NCBI GenBank assembly: GCA_032718475.1
Contig: JAUCBJ010000476.1
Coordinates: 1-64,000 of the forward strand
Direction: 5' to 3'
Length of the DNA: 64,000 nucleotides
Source: Nemertoderma westbladi
Lineage: Eukaryota > Animalia > Xenacoelomorpha
Shown in pieces: positions 23,401 to 35,139 of this stretch; within the stretch, counting starts at the first letter, position 1; the number at the start of each line of letters is the position of its first letter. Made by a program: the position numbers and the translations under genes. The notes under the pieces were generated by a model. It searched no databases. It saw only the letters and a program-made list of their open reading frames with translations, and was not told where the DNA came from.

Positions 23401-26400
23401 AACCTGAAGTTCTCGAAATGTAGAGGATTTGTTAGTCATGATATGGATTCGATTGAATGATTTTCAACCTCATTACATAATATGTTTTTGAATTTTACTT
23501 TTCGTCAAAGGCTGCTAGTGTCCACATTTATCAACTCTGAGGCAGTCTTAATATTTTTATACGTTTATAAATTTGGTAAACTTTAAGTGGCCAAGTCAGT
23601 CTTATGCCGCAATTTAGGAATAAAATCATATTATGTTGGTATCTTACAGGGACTCAGAAGAATGCCATACCCTAATCACTGAATCCCTGTCCCAATTATT
23701 GTCACTCCAAGATAAAAATAATCGCGGACAGTTGAACCCATTTCCTCACCCCACTGTGCTGGAAGTGAGAAGAACTTTGGGAAGATTTCGTACTCCCTCG
23801 GATTTGTTGATTGCTTACGGTGGTTGGAGCGGCCAAGCACCGACAAACGCCATCGAGGTAAGGAAAGCCATTAATTATTTAATTATATTGAAGTGAAACT
23901 AGCTAGAACAGTAAGAACGGGAAGGGTAGACTAGCAGAAATGTAATGGTAATCGATGTCAATTCTAGCTTCGGCGTGGCGATATGAAATGTTGAAATTTT
24001 CGAATAATCTTTTTACATTCCTGGTTATCACTGTACAGTTATAAGTGATGTTGAAACTTAACAATAATATAATTTGTGATAATTTTTTTCCTTAATTTAT
24101 AAAGATATTAAATGACTCTTTCAATTCTATTATATTATATGTTTTGTTTGTTTCAATTCAACTCGATAATAAATTGCATAGTCCCAATTAAATATAATCC
24201 CGGTACAACTTTCATTCAGTTACCTTATTGCGCAGGTGTACGACACCCGAGCCAATACGTGGTCGCACGTGTTCTGGCCACCAGATCAGCGACCAAGGGC
24301 CTACCACGGTATTGCCGTCATAGATAATCGCGTCTACGTTATTGGGGGATTCGACGGCAACGGTGAATATTTTAATACGGTAAAGACATATTCCTTGGAC
24401 CAACATGCGTGGTTGGACTCAGCACCTATGCACTATAGACGGTGCTACGTGAGTGTTGCAGGTATGTTGTGGTTTACGTAATGTTAACCCTTTCGGTACC
24501 ATGGCACGTCTGTTCCATGAGATTTATTCGATTTCGAAGAAGGTAAAATGTTGCTGGACTCTTAAGTACATGCTTCTATATGTTAGCGACGCATTTCAGC
24601 TTGTATCTACTGTAATTTAACTACTGGTAGGCCTACTGCAGACCTGCTTACAGACTGCCAGACTGCAGCAATAAGGTAAACCCTGTTGTTAGTTTTCAAA
24701 TTGGACAGTCGGACTGGATAGGGTCAAAAGTGAAAACTGACAGCGGAAATGAAATCCTTGACCAGGAAAACCCCCATAGCGAGAATTTTAATAAGCTAAT
24801 GTGATTCCTTATATTTTTGACGGACAGACTGACAGACAGTCGACAAACAGACAGACCGACAGTCTGTCTGGATAGGGTAAAAAGTGAAAACTGACAGCGG
24901 AAATGAAATCCTTGACCAGGAAAAAACCCCTATAGTGAGAATGTTAGTAGATTTTATTATTTCTAAAGTCTTGACAGACAAACTGACAGAAAGACAGACA
25001 GATTTCGGAAATTCATGAATTCGACTTGGGCATTTGGGGATTTGAATAATTTCCAGTTAGGTACCGAAAGGGTTAATCTATAGTTCTACAAAGAAGAAGC
25101 AAAGGATACCAGCTCGACCGAATACCAAGGGGTGATTCTAGATTGAGGAGCCAGGGGTAACAACATATTACATGTATGTGAGAGCAAAACCAAACCCCCT
25201 ACCCTCCCTCGAAGAAAAAAAACAATAATACTATGCGATAGGTTTTCACGAGGAACACAACTTTAAAACAATAATTGTAAAATTATGTGAGTGGTATTTT
25301 TTGAATGTGTAAACATATAAATAACATTGTCTATTCTGTGTGGATTGGGGTGGATGGATTTAGCATCTGAACTCTTACCATTAGAAGTGAAGGCGACGCA
25401 GGTTGAAATCCGAGTAAATGTTGTATCAAATTCGTACTGGTTCTGGTGTGTCCGTTTGTCCCTAACCAAGATATATACCGGTAGTGCTATCGCTAAACCA
25501 GCAATGAAAAATATGATTTCTGCTGGAGGAGTAGGGAAAGTCTTGTCTAATTAGGTAAGGAGTGTTAGTCCCCCTCTAAGAGTTAATGTCATACCCTCCG
25601 AGCCTTGCAGGTAACAGCCAAAAGAGAAGTGACTTCGAGATTCCTTCGGTTTTCGTGTTTAACCTACACCGATAACTTTTCTTTGTTAGGGAATCAATTT
25701 TGCATGTGACATATAATGTAAGATTATTTTTGAAATAATTTACTTAGATAACGGTTGTTTTAGTTTATAGTGGAATATTTATAATTTGTAGTGATTAATA
25801 AGGAGATTTACGCCCTGGGTGGATTTAATGGTAGGAGCCGGCACGACTCAGCGGAACATTTCGACCCGAGCACCAATCAATGGTCTCTTATTGCTAACAT
25901 GAGTATGGTTCGCTCTGATTCCTGCGCCGTGGAAATGGATGGAAAAATCTATATGGTTGGCGGATTCAATGGTGAGATAGAATACATCGCATTTATTTAA
26001 TATTGCAATATCAAATTGCTACATATTATTTTAATACAAGTATAAATGAGAGGATGAGGTTTGCGTTTACCGTTGAGTAACCAACGAGTTACAAAGATAA
26101 GACACTAATAATAGGTACCAAACTGCTATCGGTCTTCTGTTTGAATGGCTTTATTTAATTCTACAAAGAAGATCTTAAGAAAACTGCCATGAATAGCTCT
26201 TAGATAGGGCCTAGATTGTGGATCTGAGGATTACTTGCTTAACTACCACATCGACAGTACTTGTTGATTCCATGTTAAAAGGTTCCACAGAGTCAGAGGC
26301 TCTACAAGGACAAGAGGCCTACTTCCACTTCTCATTTGAACAAATTTAAGTCGTTTTAAAGCTAGCACAAAGTGGTTCAAAGGTCCCACAGTTGGGTTAA

Positions 26401-29378
26401 AGGTTCCACAGCAACAAATATGGTTCAGTTTAAGATTGGAAGGGCAGCTTTTATGATATAACAGTATTTTAATTGTAAATACATTTATATTATTATTATT
26501 TTATTAGTATCAATTAATATTTTAAACCCTTTGTATTACATGTCTTTACACAATTTTATCTACCTTTCAAACACAAAAGACTGAAGTCAGAGTTAGTTTA
26601 GTAATATACAACTAACTTACAGCTGTAAGAATTGATACGGTATTCATTGGTTTGTCGGGGATGTTCAGCATAATAATATAAAGAATTGTAACTAAGCATA
26701 AGTAGAAGTACTTATAATCAGCGCTCGGAAAATAATTTTTTGCGGGATGCTAAGATAGGTATTTTATAAATCAGTAGAATTATCTGACTCAAAATTTTGA
26801 ACTATTCCCACCACCAGAGCAACCAGTTAAAAATATCAGATCAGATCAGTTTTTGGATGCAAGTCCCGACCAGAGACCCAGACGAGCACTTAGGCATCTG
26901 ACTCCGGAGCACCGCTGACACTGGGAGGTGCCGCGAATAAGGCGAAGGCAATTCGACTTGTTAGCCAACCCACCTCGCAGGTGTATTGTATGCCCCAAGC
27001 TCGGTGGAGCTTGTATGTGATGGTCCGCAGAATATTGCTTGACCTGGGTGCCAGTTCTTCGTGACAGGTTGCGACAAAGGGAGAAAAGTAGTATCGGCGC
27101 ACATAATCTGTCTCAGAGTAAAGGAGTTTCTCGCCATCCTATTTGAACAGAAACGGTGGGGACAATATCTTTGCTTGACCTGCTGCAATGTGATTTATAA
27201 GTTACCAATTGCATCTAGGATCGGAATGCTTGATGTCTTGCGAGTGTTACGACCCCGAGTTGAACATGTGGTCGATGATCGGGGATATGGGATCGAGAAG
27301 ATCGGGTGTATCGGCTTGCAACTACCACAATACGCTGTATTCTATAGGAGGTTTCGATGGTGCAGCTCGATTAAAGACCGGAGAAAGGTAAGTTTTATTT
27401 GCTTCTACTTCTAGCAGCAGGCACAGATTACACACAATAATGTACAGGATATAAATAGTGGAGTAGTTCTGAGGCACCCCCTCACATTTTTCTTAAATGT
27501 AAATAAATCGTATTATTAAATCTTAAATGAGTTTGCTTGAAAGTTAAACAGAGATATTTGACCTCATGAAATTATAGTGTGTGAGTAATAATTTTTATTT
27601 TTGCTTTAATTTTTTAGCAATTTTTTGTTTGAAAAACGTTTCTCCGTCAGTCGCTCCTTAGCGAATGTTCGTCCTTTTTGTAATTTGTTTGTACGGATTT
27701 ATGAATGGTGGACTTTGGGATACCAAATATCTGAAATTCGTGAAAAATGAGCAGCCGTTTTTTTCCACTGCGCGAATGTTATCGGCTTATAATTCTTAAT
27801 TGATGCACTTCTGTTGTTCATTTTCCAACCACCAGGCTATTCAGTTATATAATGGCTAACCCCCAATTACGTGAGCGCCCAGATTCCCCCAAAATAACTC
27901 AATAATATTAATTTGTTACATGGTTGTATCGCATGGACTGGACTGGACACCCATTGCCAGGCAGTCATCGGAGACAAAAGTACGTCTGTTTGTGGTAATA
28001 GTTAGTAGTTACAGTTGTACCGGTAGTTGTTAGTGACACAATTCAAAACGTATCGCTAGGTATATCGATTGACTGTATATTTATTTTTGGTTATATAATA
28101 GGTACGACGTAGATTCCAACACATGGACTCCTATAGCCGATATGAATATTCCGAGGTCTAACTTTGGGGTCGCTGTTATTGACGACTTTATCTACGTATG
28201 CGGTTAGTATGTAACTTTTGTCGTTATTCAGTAACTCGTTATTATTGACCCAATATATCCGTAATAGTAAATTTAAGGACAACCAAACTCATTTTCCTCA
28301 CGGAACTCCACCGTCCGACCGAGATCTACGCATTGGATCAAATCTAAGGAAACCAGAGCACGGGGAGTATAGCAACTCGCTTCTAAAGCAACTCGCTTCT
28401 TCTATGACAAATAGGCTTATTTCAAGCTGACCAATGATGTATGCAGTTATTGTTTTTATTGTAAGGAGATCCGAGCGCAGCGATTTCCACACGGGGCACC
28501 GAAAACCCACTTAATTAAATTAATCTTAATCTTGTGGTTGCACAATGCACACCAAGAAATTTGAAATTGCTGAATTTTTCATAAAACATCTCATCTGATG
28601 CAAAATTTGACGTAGATTCCAAAAATTAAGGACCCATCACATAAATAAGAATAATAACCAGCAATAAAAAGTTTTGTCCATTGTTCTGTGACAATTTTCA
28701 AGGCGGTCCGTTATTTTTCAAATTTTGGTCCAAATTTTGAAATCTTTTTTTATCTTTCTTCACTTTCAAAATTTACACATTTAGAACAGAATTTAATGTA
28801 TATAACAATAATAGATAGCAAATAACCTGAATCAAATCCAATCAAAACTTATAAGCATTAATCTGGGCGCATAAGCCAAATGCGGCTAAGGACTTTTGGG
28901 GCGATTTCGGATCATCGCATTTATTCCCATTCGCCTTTACATATATCAAAAACTGTAAATGATATTAACATGAAATTTTCACACACAATGTAGCACATGT
29001 TGGGGCAAGTACTTAACCAATGTTTCATGTCATGTGTGAGATTCATGTCATGGGACCTTGATTTTTTGAGTCTAAGTCAAATTTTACATCAGATGAGATG
29101 TTTTATGAAAATGTCAGCAATTTCAAATTTTTTGGTGCGCAACCAACCACCTTAATTAATACACTTTCGGGATGTTGTTAAATAAATAAGACATCCTTAT
29201 ATCATTATTAGGAGGTTTCAACGGGGTTACAACAATATCAGATGCTGAAAAATACTCAGATGTAACCAACACATGGGTAACAGTGGAACCCATGGAAATA
29301 AACAGATCGGCTCTGAAACTCGCCGTTGTTTGGAATGTCAAGGAGCCAAAACAATATTTTCCGACAAGACAAAGGTAA
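14437..29378 (+). CDS. KLHL10: Kelch-like protein 10 (BTB-BACK-6 Kelch). Exons 14437-14708, 15948-16109, 21066-21203, 21316-21394, 22407-22582, 23650-23857, 24236-24461, 25792-25971, 27219-27387, 28102-28202, 29212-29378; about 625 aa
   Basis: All ten introns are GT-AG with consistent phases. BTB (LCDVTI...AHRIIL..LSPYFEAMFT), BACK, and the KLHL10-type kelch motifs GGWSGQAPTNAIE, PRAYHG, PMHYRRCYVSV, RSD, RRSG, PRSNFG, RSAL. Confidence 0.92.
14870..15045. mobile_element. Short non-autonomous element with GGAAACCCTCGGG..GCCCTCGGGTTTTCC stem-loop (Crypton-like)
   Basis: Characteristic ctcggg-ctacg-ccctcggg palindromic core at about 14956-14989. Family assignment is from recollection only. Confidence 0.35.
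15242..15420 (+). mobile_element. tRNA-derived SINE with Nin-like core
   Basis: A-box-like TGGTGTAGTGG, B-box GGTTCGATCC, and core GCCTTGCATCCTTAAGTGGTAGCTAAATGAGTAC. Confidence 0.6.
15430..15668 (-). mobile_element. tRNA-derived SINE (CORE/Deu-like)
   Basis: Minus strand: GTATAGTTAGTAGAGCG (A box), AAGTTCGAGCCCC (B box), core CACCCAGCTGTAATGGGAACCTGG. Confidence 0.55.
16915..16971 (-). ncRNA. Candidate non-circularly permuted hammerhead ribozyme, copy 1
   Basis: ACACTG CTGATGA TGGA-13nt-GGGT A CAGTGT-TTAAA-TCCT GAA ACCC: stem I 6 bp, stem III 4 bp, stem II GGA/TCC, GUA cleavage triplet. Confidence 0.6.
17634..17690 (-). ncRNA. Candidate permuted hammerhead ribozyme, copy 2
   Basis: Same sequence as copy 1. 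Confidence 0.6.
18355..18411 (-). ncRNA. Candidate permuted hammerhead ribozyme, copy 3
   Basis: Same sequence as copy 1. Confidence 0.6.
19072..19128 (-). ncRNA. Candidate permuted hammerhead ribozyme, copy 4
   Basis: Same sequence as copy 1. Confidence 0.6.
19204..19260 (+). ncRNA. Candidate permuted hammerhead ribozyme, inverted copy (sense to KLHL10 pre-mRNA)
   Basis: acactg ctgatga tgga gctgtgtttcccc gggt a cagtgt ttaaa tcct gaaaccc reads directly on the + strand. Confidence 0.6.
19761..20313 (+). repeat. Pair of ~65-bp diverged direct repeats
   Basis: AATATTGTGACTAAGCAAT...GTTAACCAATCG...TAAACCAA.TTTGGGCAGCTGTTATTA at about 19761-19825 and 20248-20313. Confidence 0.6.
22710..23023. 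mobile_element. Non-autonomous element with ~50-bp inverted repeats and (GTC)n microsatellite (Helentron/DINE-like or MITE)
   Basis: CACGAAGTGAGCGAAGCCTTAGCATATGGGTGCCATTGGCGAGTTGTCTG is inverted at about 22973-23023; (GTC)n at about 22756-22800; a related decayed copy lies near 49525-49765. Confidence 0.55.
24488..25072. mobile_element. Non-autonomous piggyBac-type MITE
   Basis: 13-bp TIR CCCTTTCGGTACC/GGTACCGAAAGGG with TTAA on both sides (24484-87, 25073-76); internal ~60-bp duplication and (GACA)n. Confidence 0.85.
25330..25650 (-). pseudogene. Possible decayed DIRS-type tyrosine recombinase fragment
   Basis: Broken minus frames give LEVTSLLAVTCKARRV (cf. DIRS YR LLALASARRV) and FTRISTCVAFTS (cf. 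HSTRxxSTSWAF); many stops. Confidence 0.3.
26880..27170 (-). mobile_element. 3' fragment of a CRE/HERO-like (RLE-bearing) non-LTR retrotransposon
   Basis: FSPFVATCHEELAPRSSNILRTI...W......VGWLTSRIAFALF resembles the FxPLVxxxxGxxG...GWxxxRLSFALLR C-terminus of restriction-like-endonuclease retroelements. Confidence 0.55.
28530..29151. mobile_element. MITE with ~110-bp imperfect TIRs (Kolobok-like)
   Basis: AAATTTGAAATTGCTGA.TTTTCATAAAACATCTCATCTGATG at about 28557-28600 is inverted at about 29086-29130; the right end is followed by TTAA. Confidence 0.7.
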
Positions 29379-30670
29379 AAACGATCAATCGACAACATAT
29401 CAAATATTTTATTATACTGCTGAAGTTTTCTAATATATTCTGAAGTAATGTGAGATTGTAATTAAAGTTATTGGTGAACGCAAAACAAGAAACACCGGTG
29501 GCAAACTAAAGGGTCTTCTCTCTTGGCTATTACATGTTCATTGTAGGCGACACTCTAACTTCCAAGGTGGTAGAAACCGTAAATATCCAAACATTCTTAT
29601 CGTATCACAAATTGTAGCGATATCCAATGACCGGGATAAGTAAAATAAATTAAAAATAGCCACATTCATTTTGCTTTAAATATTATGAAAATATTGTGAT
29701 ACTGTTGAGTTGTTTTATTAACGTAAACGTATATGTAATATCTCATTGCTTAGAAAAACGAATACTTGTATTGTAGGTTTCCTATTTGCTCGAAAATAAT
29801 TACCGATCCAAGGCCACGGTTCAATTTATCGGACTCCATTGCTTTAAACCTCAATCGACGTCGATTTTAACAAGGATGTTACTACACCCGAGAAGAGCAG
29901 CGCTTCAGCAAACTTGCCACAGACGTTTCATTATTAAGTGCGTCAGTCATATTTATGGTGAATTAATTGTATAAATCGTGCAACAAATTTATTTGAAACA
30001 ATGATTTTATAAAAATACGGATGATTTTAGGATGCAGATGTTTGGTTTATTTTTAATTTATGTTTTTTGCTGTTTTATACAGTATCAGTATTGTATCGGG
30101 AATTCCAGGTAGAACCTAAACCGAATCAGATACCGTATTGAATATGTAAAGAATATCAGCCCAGCCGTGGATCCCAGTGCGACATTTTATTGGCTTAATG
30201 AATCCTAGAATATGAACTTAATATGTTAAAACTTCTCTATAGTTAGTCAAACTCCACTAACTTGGCAAATTCGCATTATAGTAGAACTCAGTCCGAAGAA
30301 TCCCACCCCCTCCCTAAACAACTAAATTTATTTGACCGCAAACACAGAAACACTGCCCAGCCCCCACAGCCCAAGCCAAACAAAACATATGGGCAATAAA
30401 TATTTAAAAATTTTGTTTAATTTTTATAATGGAATAAAAGGTCCCAACTGAGTTAAGAACGAAACTGAAAGTAAAACTGCATCTACAAATGGATGTAAAC
30501 TTTCTCGGTACCACTGCGCCATAGAACGGCTTCAACACTGAAACAAGTTAATTGTTAGATTGATTAAAATAAATTGTTCGTATATGATGAATAAGTTTAT
30601 AATCTATTCAGTTTCATGATAACTATAGGATTCCTCACCAGGCAACGTCATACTCAAATACTCAGTATAG

Positions 30671-31858
30671 TTATTTCTTAGACAAGGAATGTAACTCAGC
30701 ATATTGGGCTTCTGGTCCGGCATTCGGTGGGATTGTAAGCAGCCCCGAAGATACCCTGGCCCTTGGGATAACATCCCCTGGATCCATGTAGGTTGCCTCT
30801 AACGCTTCAATATTCATGTTTCCTGAACTTGTTGCACAATCGTCCATGGCGGCATCATTACTACGTTCATTGTTGTCACCTTCCGTCGCCGGCACTGTAC
30901 GGGTTTGCCCGCGTAATGTATGCTCTCTGTAAATTCGTCGTAGTTGCAACTGCCGGCAATTACAACATCTTGAAATTTCCTTATACACATTAGAATCACT
31001 GAAACACATGATGGATGTGAACAGTAAAGCTTGTAATCCTTGTAGTGAATATTTTATATATAAAATGGCATTTTCTGCAATATAAGAAGATGTGGAAACT
31101 TCATACCCATTAATAAATATAATATTATGTACACCCAATACCGGAAGCAGGTAAAGTATCTTGGCGCCACGCCAGAGTTGTCTGCAACATCTTTCATTCC
31201 AATTTGTGTACGCGGATGACATGATAATCAATGCACACCAAAACAAGTTGACTAAAAGAACCGCAAATTTAGCTCCTTTTAATACGGCCAAGAACGCGTA
31301 GTGTTTCGTTGTGTACCGCGGAATACACTGTTGGTTGCAAATTTCAAACGCGATGAGTATAATTATTTCCACAATAACGGGAATTGGAAGTATCCATCCT
31401 ATTATAAAATAACATTTGGGTTTCACTTGCTCTTCATATATTCTGTCCGGATTCGCTACAGTAAAGGCCCTTCTGACTATGTGAATTCCATAAACCGACA
31501 ACCACATGTAGCAGGAAAGTTCAGCATATTCCTGTAGGATGCGAGTGAAGAGACATATATTATATCTGTCATTGACATCTTGGGTGACTAGCAATACAAC
31601 ATCTTCAATAACTGTGAAACTTAAGTAAAATAAGTAAGTCAAACAAACGTTCTTAAAAATGAAATCCTTTGTCCTATTCAATGAATATGATATTGTATAT
31701 ATTGCAAAGCATATAACAACGGATGCTATTGATATACAGCATAATACAATGCGATATATACCGGCGACAATCAGAAACTTCGATATTGGGTTCTTTAACA
31801 AGTATTCATTGATTGATGATGAAAATAGGTATATACATTCTACAGTCTTTTGTGACAT
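30671..31858 (-). CDS. Class B (secretin/calcitonin receptor-like) GPCR, intronless 7TM, no N-terminal hormone-binding domain in frame
   Basis: Seven hydrophobic segments with class B motifs: C...ILQEYAELSCYMWLSVYG (TM3), YFIIGWILP (TM4), VNLF (TM5), LLPVLG (TM6), LQGLQAL...CF.DSNV..EI (TM7/helix 8). Confidence 0.85.
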   Translation of the reverse strand: MSQKTVECIYLFSSSINEYLLKNPISKFLIVAGIYRIVLCCISIASVVICFAIYTISYSLNRTKDFIFKNVCLTYLFYLSFTVIEDVVLLVTQDVNDRYNICLFTRILQEYAELSCYMWLSVYGIHIVRRAFTVANPDRIYEEQVKPKCYFIIGWILPIPVIVEIIILIAFEICNQQCIPRYTTKHYAFLAVLKGAKFAVLLVNLFWCALIIMSSAYTNWNERCCRQLWRGAKILYLLPVLGVHNIIFINGYEVSTSSYIAENAILYIKYSLQGLQALLFTSIMCFSDSNVYKEISRCCNCRQLQLRRIYREHTLRGQTRTVPATEGDNNERSNDAAMDDCATSSGNMNIEALEATYMDPGDVIPRARVSSGLLTIPPNAGPEAQYAELHSLSKK

Positions 31859-33799
31859 TTTTTAGGAAATTCCACTGTAATAATAAATAATGTAATTATT
31901 CCGTCGCCGAATAACCGGTCGCTAAAAACACTCGTTCTTCTTCTGGGTTACCTTATCTCCTTATGATTTATTATAGCTAATGTTTTTTTGTTATTTTTAG
32001 TGTTCTAGAAATATGTAAGCTATTATTTAAAACCAAAAAAGTTACAGATCATCTTTTAATTTGTTAACGTTTTTAAACATTTGACCAACCGATTAGTTAT
32101 TTGTTGAGTCATATTTTACGCCTTCAATCATTAGCTACAAGCGTTTAAAAAAGCGTTTTGTACCATTCCCACTGGAATATATTCAGCTTGTTGTTGTCTT
32201 CAAAACAATTAATAAACAAACAAGTGGTAATATAATAATATCGACAATATTTGGCATTTCTATGAGTAGCCCATTTTTAAGAAATTTTTAATCTATTTTT
32301 TTTTGATTTTATCTTTTTTTATTATATAATATGGTATGTTCTAGCCAAAACAAAAACAACTATATTTCATGTGCGACCAATCTGCGCTGGAGAGGTTTTT
32401 GCAATTGCGGTCAATGTGCACAACTATCCGTTTCTCATTAGCTAAAATAATTAATGGGAGAACACTTGTCAGTATATTAAATGAGAGCATCATAATAAGT
32501 AAGTTCTAGAAAAGAAAACATCATTAACAACGTCTCAATAAATTGAACCGCAAATCTTCCATAATTCCGAATTAATCTTGCACCATTATTGGGCCATGTC
32601 AGATGATAAATTTCAAGAGTAAATAATACAAAAATCAATTAAAACATATTATATTTTGGATTACTGTTGTTGATTTTAGGTGTAATTAAATAAAATAACA
32701 CCATACGATGTAACAATAATCGAATCAAATATTTTGGAACAAGGGTTGCTGTTGTTACAGATAGGGGGGGAAAGTGGACGTAATAAAAAATACAAAAATA
32801 AATACAACAATACATACAATAGTTTATTGTTTAAAAATTAATTAAAAATGGGGTACCTCCTATTCATATCGTGCAACGGCCCATTCATTTATATTATTCA
32901 TTCATATATATTTAACTCAGTTCATTATCAATAAAAATTATTACAAAAGGGTGTACGATACGGATCCGTTCCCAGAAAGAGTTCTTCTAGAAAATCTTTT
33001 GTTTTCTAGATATGTTATACAATGCAAATATTGGTTGTTATTCCTTCCAGAATATTACATTATAGCGCGGTCTGCCATAGGTATATATCAATTCATTCAA
33101 ATAGAAATAGTTCTTGGGCTCGGAAAGTATCTACTATCTGAATGAAGACCTCAAAAAGGACTTATGTTCGATTGCCACACGTACAGTAGTACTACAGTAT
33201 ACTGCAGTTTTGTTTCTTGTATAGGCCTACTGTGTAACTAATTCTTCTTCTACCCTAGAAGAGTGATCCATAAATAATTCTACATGATCAGATATAATAT
33301 TTGTAAATAATTTTCAGTCCCAATTAGAAAACACAATACTATTATTAACCATTATTATTATTTTAACTTCATAGCAATTAAATAATTTATTTAAATATAT
33401 TAGTAACATAGTAATAGAAACATTATTTGGAGTCCATCAATAAATATACAAATTGCCGAAATCGGCTAAATATGTAAAACTTAAATATATATTATTATAA
33501 ATTATTTATATATTTATATTTATGAAGTATTATTTAGTAACCCCTACATAAATATTCATAATTATCATGCAAATATCATTCAGTTCAGTTATTGCATCCT
33601 GCAATATTTTATAATTATTTTATTAATAAATGTTTATATGTTTATCGTTAAATCTTTAAATCATTATCGTTAAATGTTTATTTATCGTTAAATCTTTAAA
33701 TTTTATCGCTAAATGTTTATCATTAAATGTTTAAATGGTTATTGTTAAATGTTTAAATTGTTATGTTATTATGTTATTATGTTCATAGTTTAATGATAA

Positions 33800-35130
33800 A
33801 ATGCTGCAGCCTAGCCCATCCCTGGCTTTCATCCTTAACTGGTCGATAAATGGGAACCAAGGCAACTTTGGAAACAGAGTGGAAGGGTTTACTGTGGAAG
33901 ATCACTACTACTACTAGGATCGGCATGCTGCATTGCAGCTGCATTTTTAAGAATGCTGTGCCGGCTTATCGACAAAATTGCACCGCCACAACTCCCTATC
34001 ACCTATGACATTTGCTAGATCATCCGCATCTTCAAGGCCAGTGTCCTTTAAGATGCGTCTCAAGAAAGTCATGGGCTGTCCAACATTCTTATTCACTCCA
34101 TGAGGCTGCCAAAGTACAAGATTATGCACTGGCTGGTCCTCACGGCGAAAGCAATGTCCTGCAAAGCGGAGGCGATTTCGTTCTAGTGTCAAGCTTGGGG
34201 GAACCAATGAGACACCTCCAATGTTATATAGTGTCTCGTTGGAGATGTGTGCATTGTACTTGACACAATGAACCCGGCGTAGCATTCTTGTGAATGTGCC
34301 ATCCAGAGATTTGGTGTCCTCAGCAGTTAGAGCCCAGCATGGACTCCCATAGAGGAGTACTGGAACTACTGCTGCTCTAAATAATCGGACCTTAAGTTTC
34401 CGATTAATTCTCGGTGACTTCCAAATCCTGGAAAGCCTATTCAAGGCTGCCCATGCCTTTCCCTTACGTATTCGAAGGTCCTCACCTGACTTCCGGATCC
34501 GTGATCCCAGGTAACAGAAGTCATCCACATGCTTAAGCATACCATCTTTTGGGCTTATGCTCATCCGATCATAGACTTGCTGAGGACTTTCAAAGTTAAC
34601 TGTCAAAATTTTGGTCTTTCTGGAGTTAATAAAAAGACCAACACTAGAAGCAGCATGTTCTAATGAGCTGAGGAGCCGTTGGGTTCCCTCTAGTGATTCT
34701 GAGAGTACTCCTAAGTCATCAGCAAAGTCTAGATCAGTTAGGTACTTGGCAGGGTTTCCCCTACTTCTGGAGCCAGTAGGTGGAGTTATCATCACCCCAT
34801 CATCATTATGATGATCTAAGGACATGCGTAGAACATAGTCAACAACAATTATGAACAAGAATGGTGCAAGTGTGTCTCCCTGGAGGACGCCCCATAACAC
34901 TTCAAATGGTTCTGTGTCACCGTCAACAGTAGACACAAATGTTGTCGAACCATCGTATACTGATCTGATTGCTGCAATAATTTCATCAGGAATCCCATAT
35001 AATGAAAGTATGCTGAACATTCGTGAGCGAGAGACTGAATCAAAGGCCTTGAAGAAGTTTACTAGATCACCATGGTGGTGAACTGGATTTCCTTGGCTTA
35101 AGGAGCTTAAGTGATTCTCCAATTCATTAA
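33800..35130 (+). mobile_element. Nin-like SINE remnant interrupted by the RTE insertion
   Basis: GGCTTTCATCCTTAACTGGTCGATAAATGGGAACC core; continues after the RTE TSD at 35071; the empty RTE site is visible in the inverted copy near 63277-63290. Confidence 0.5.
33906..35063 (-). mobile_element. 5'-truncated RTE-clade LINE (RT C-terminal half intact)
   Basis: FKAFDSV, GVLQGDTLAPFLF, DLDFADD, FCYLGS, VLLYGS, RLRFAGH motifs; (TAG)n tail; 7-bp TSD AGATCAC (33899-33905 and 35064-35070). Confidence 0.92.
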
Positions 35131-35139
35131 TTAAATTTT

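Noticed and set aside
35064-35122. N-terminus of the 391-aa RT ORF
   Set aside because: These codons lie in the TSD and flanking SINE; the LINE is 5'-truncated, so this is not a real start.
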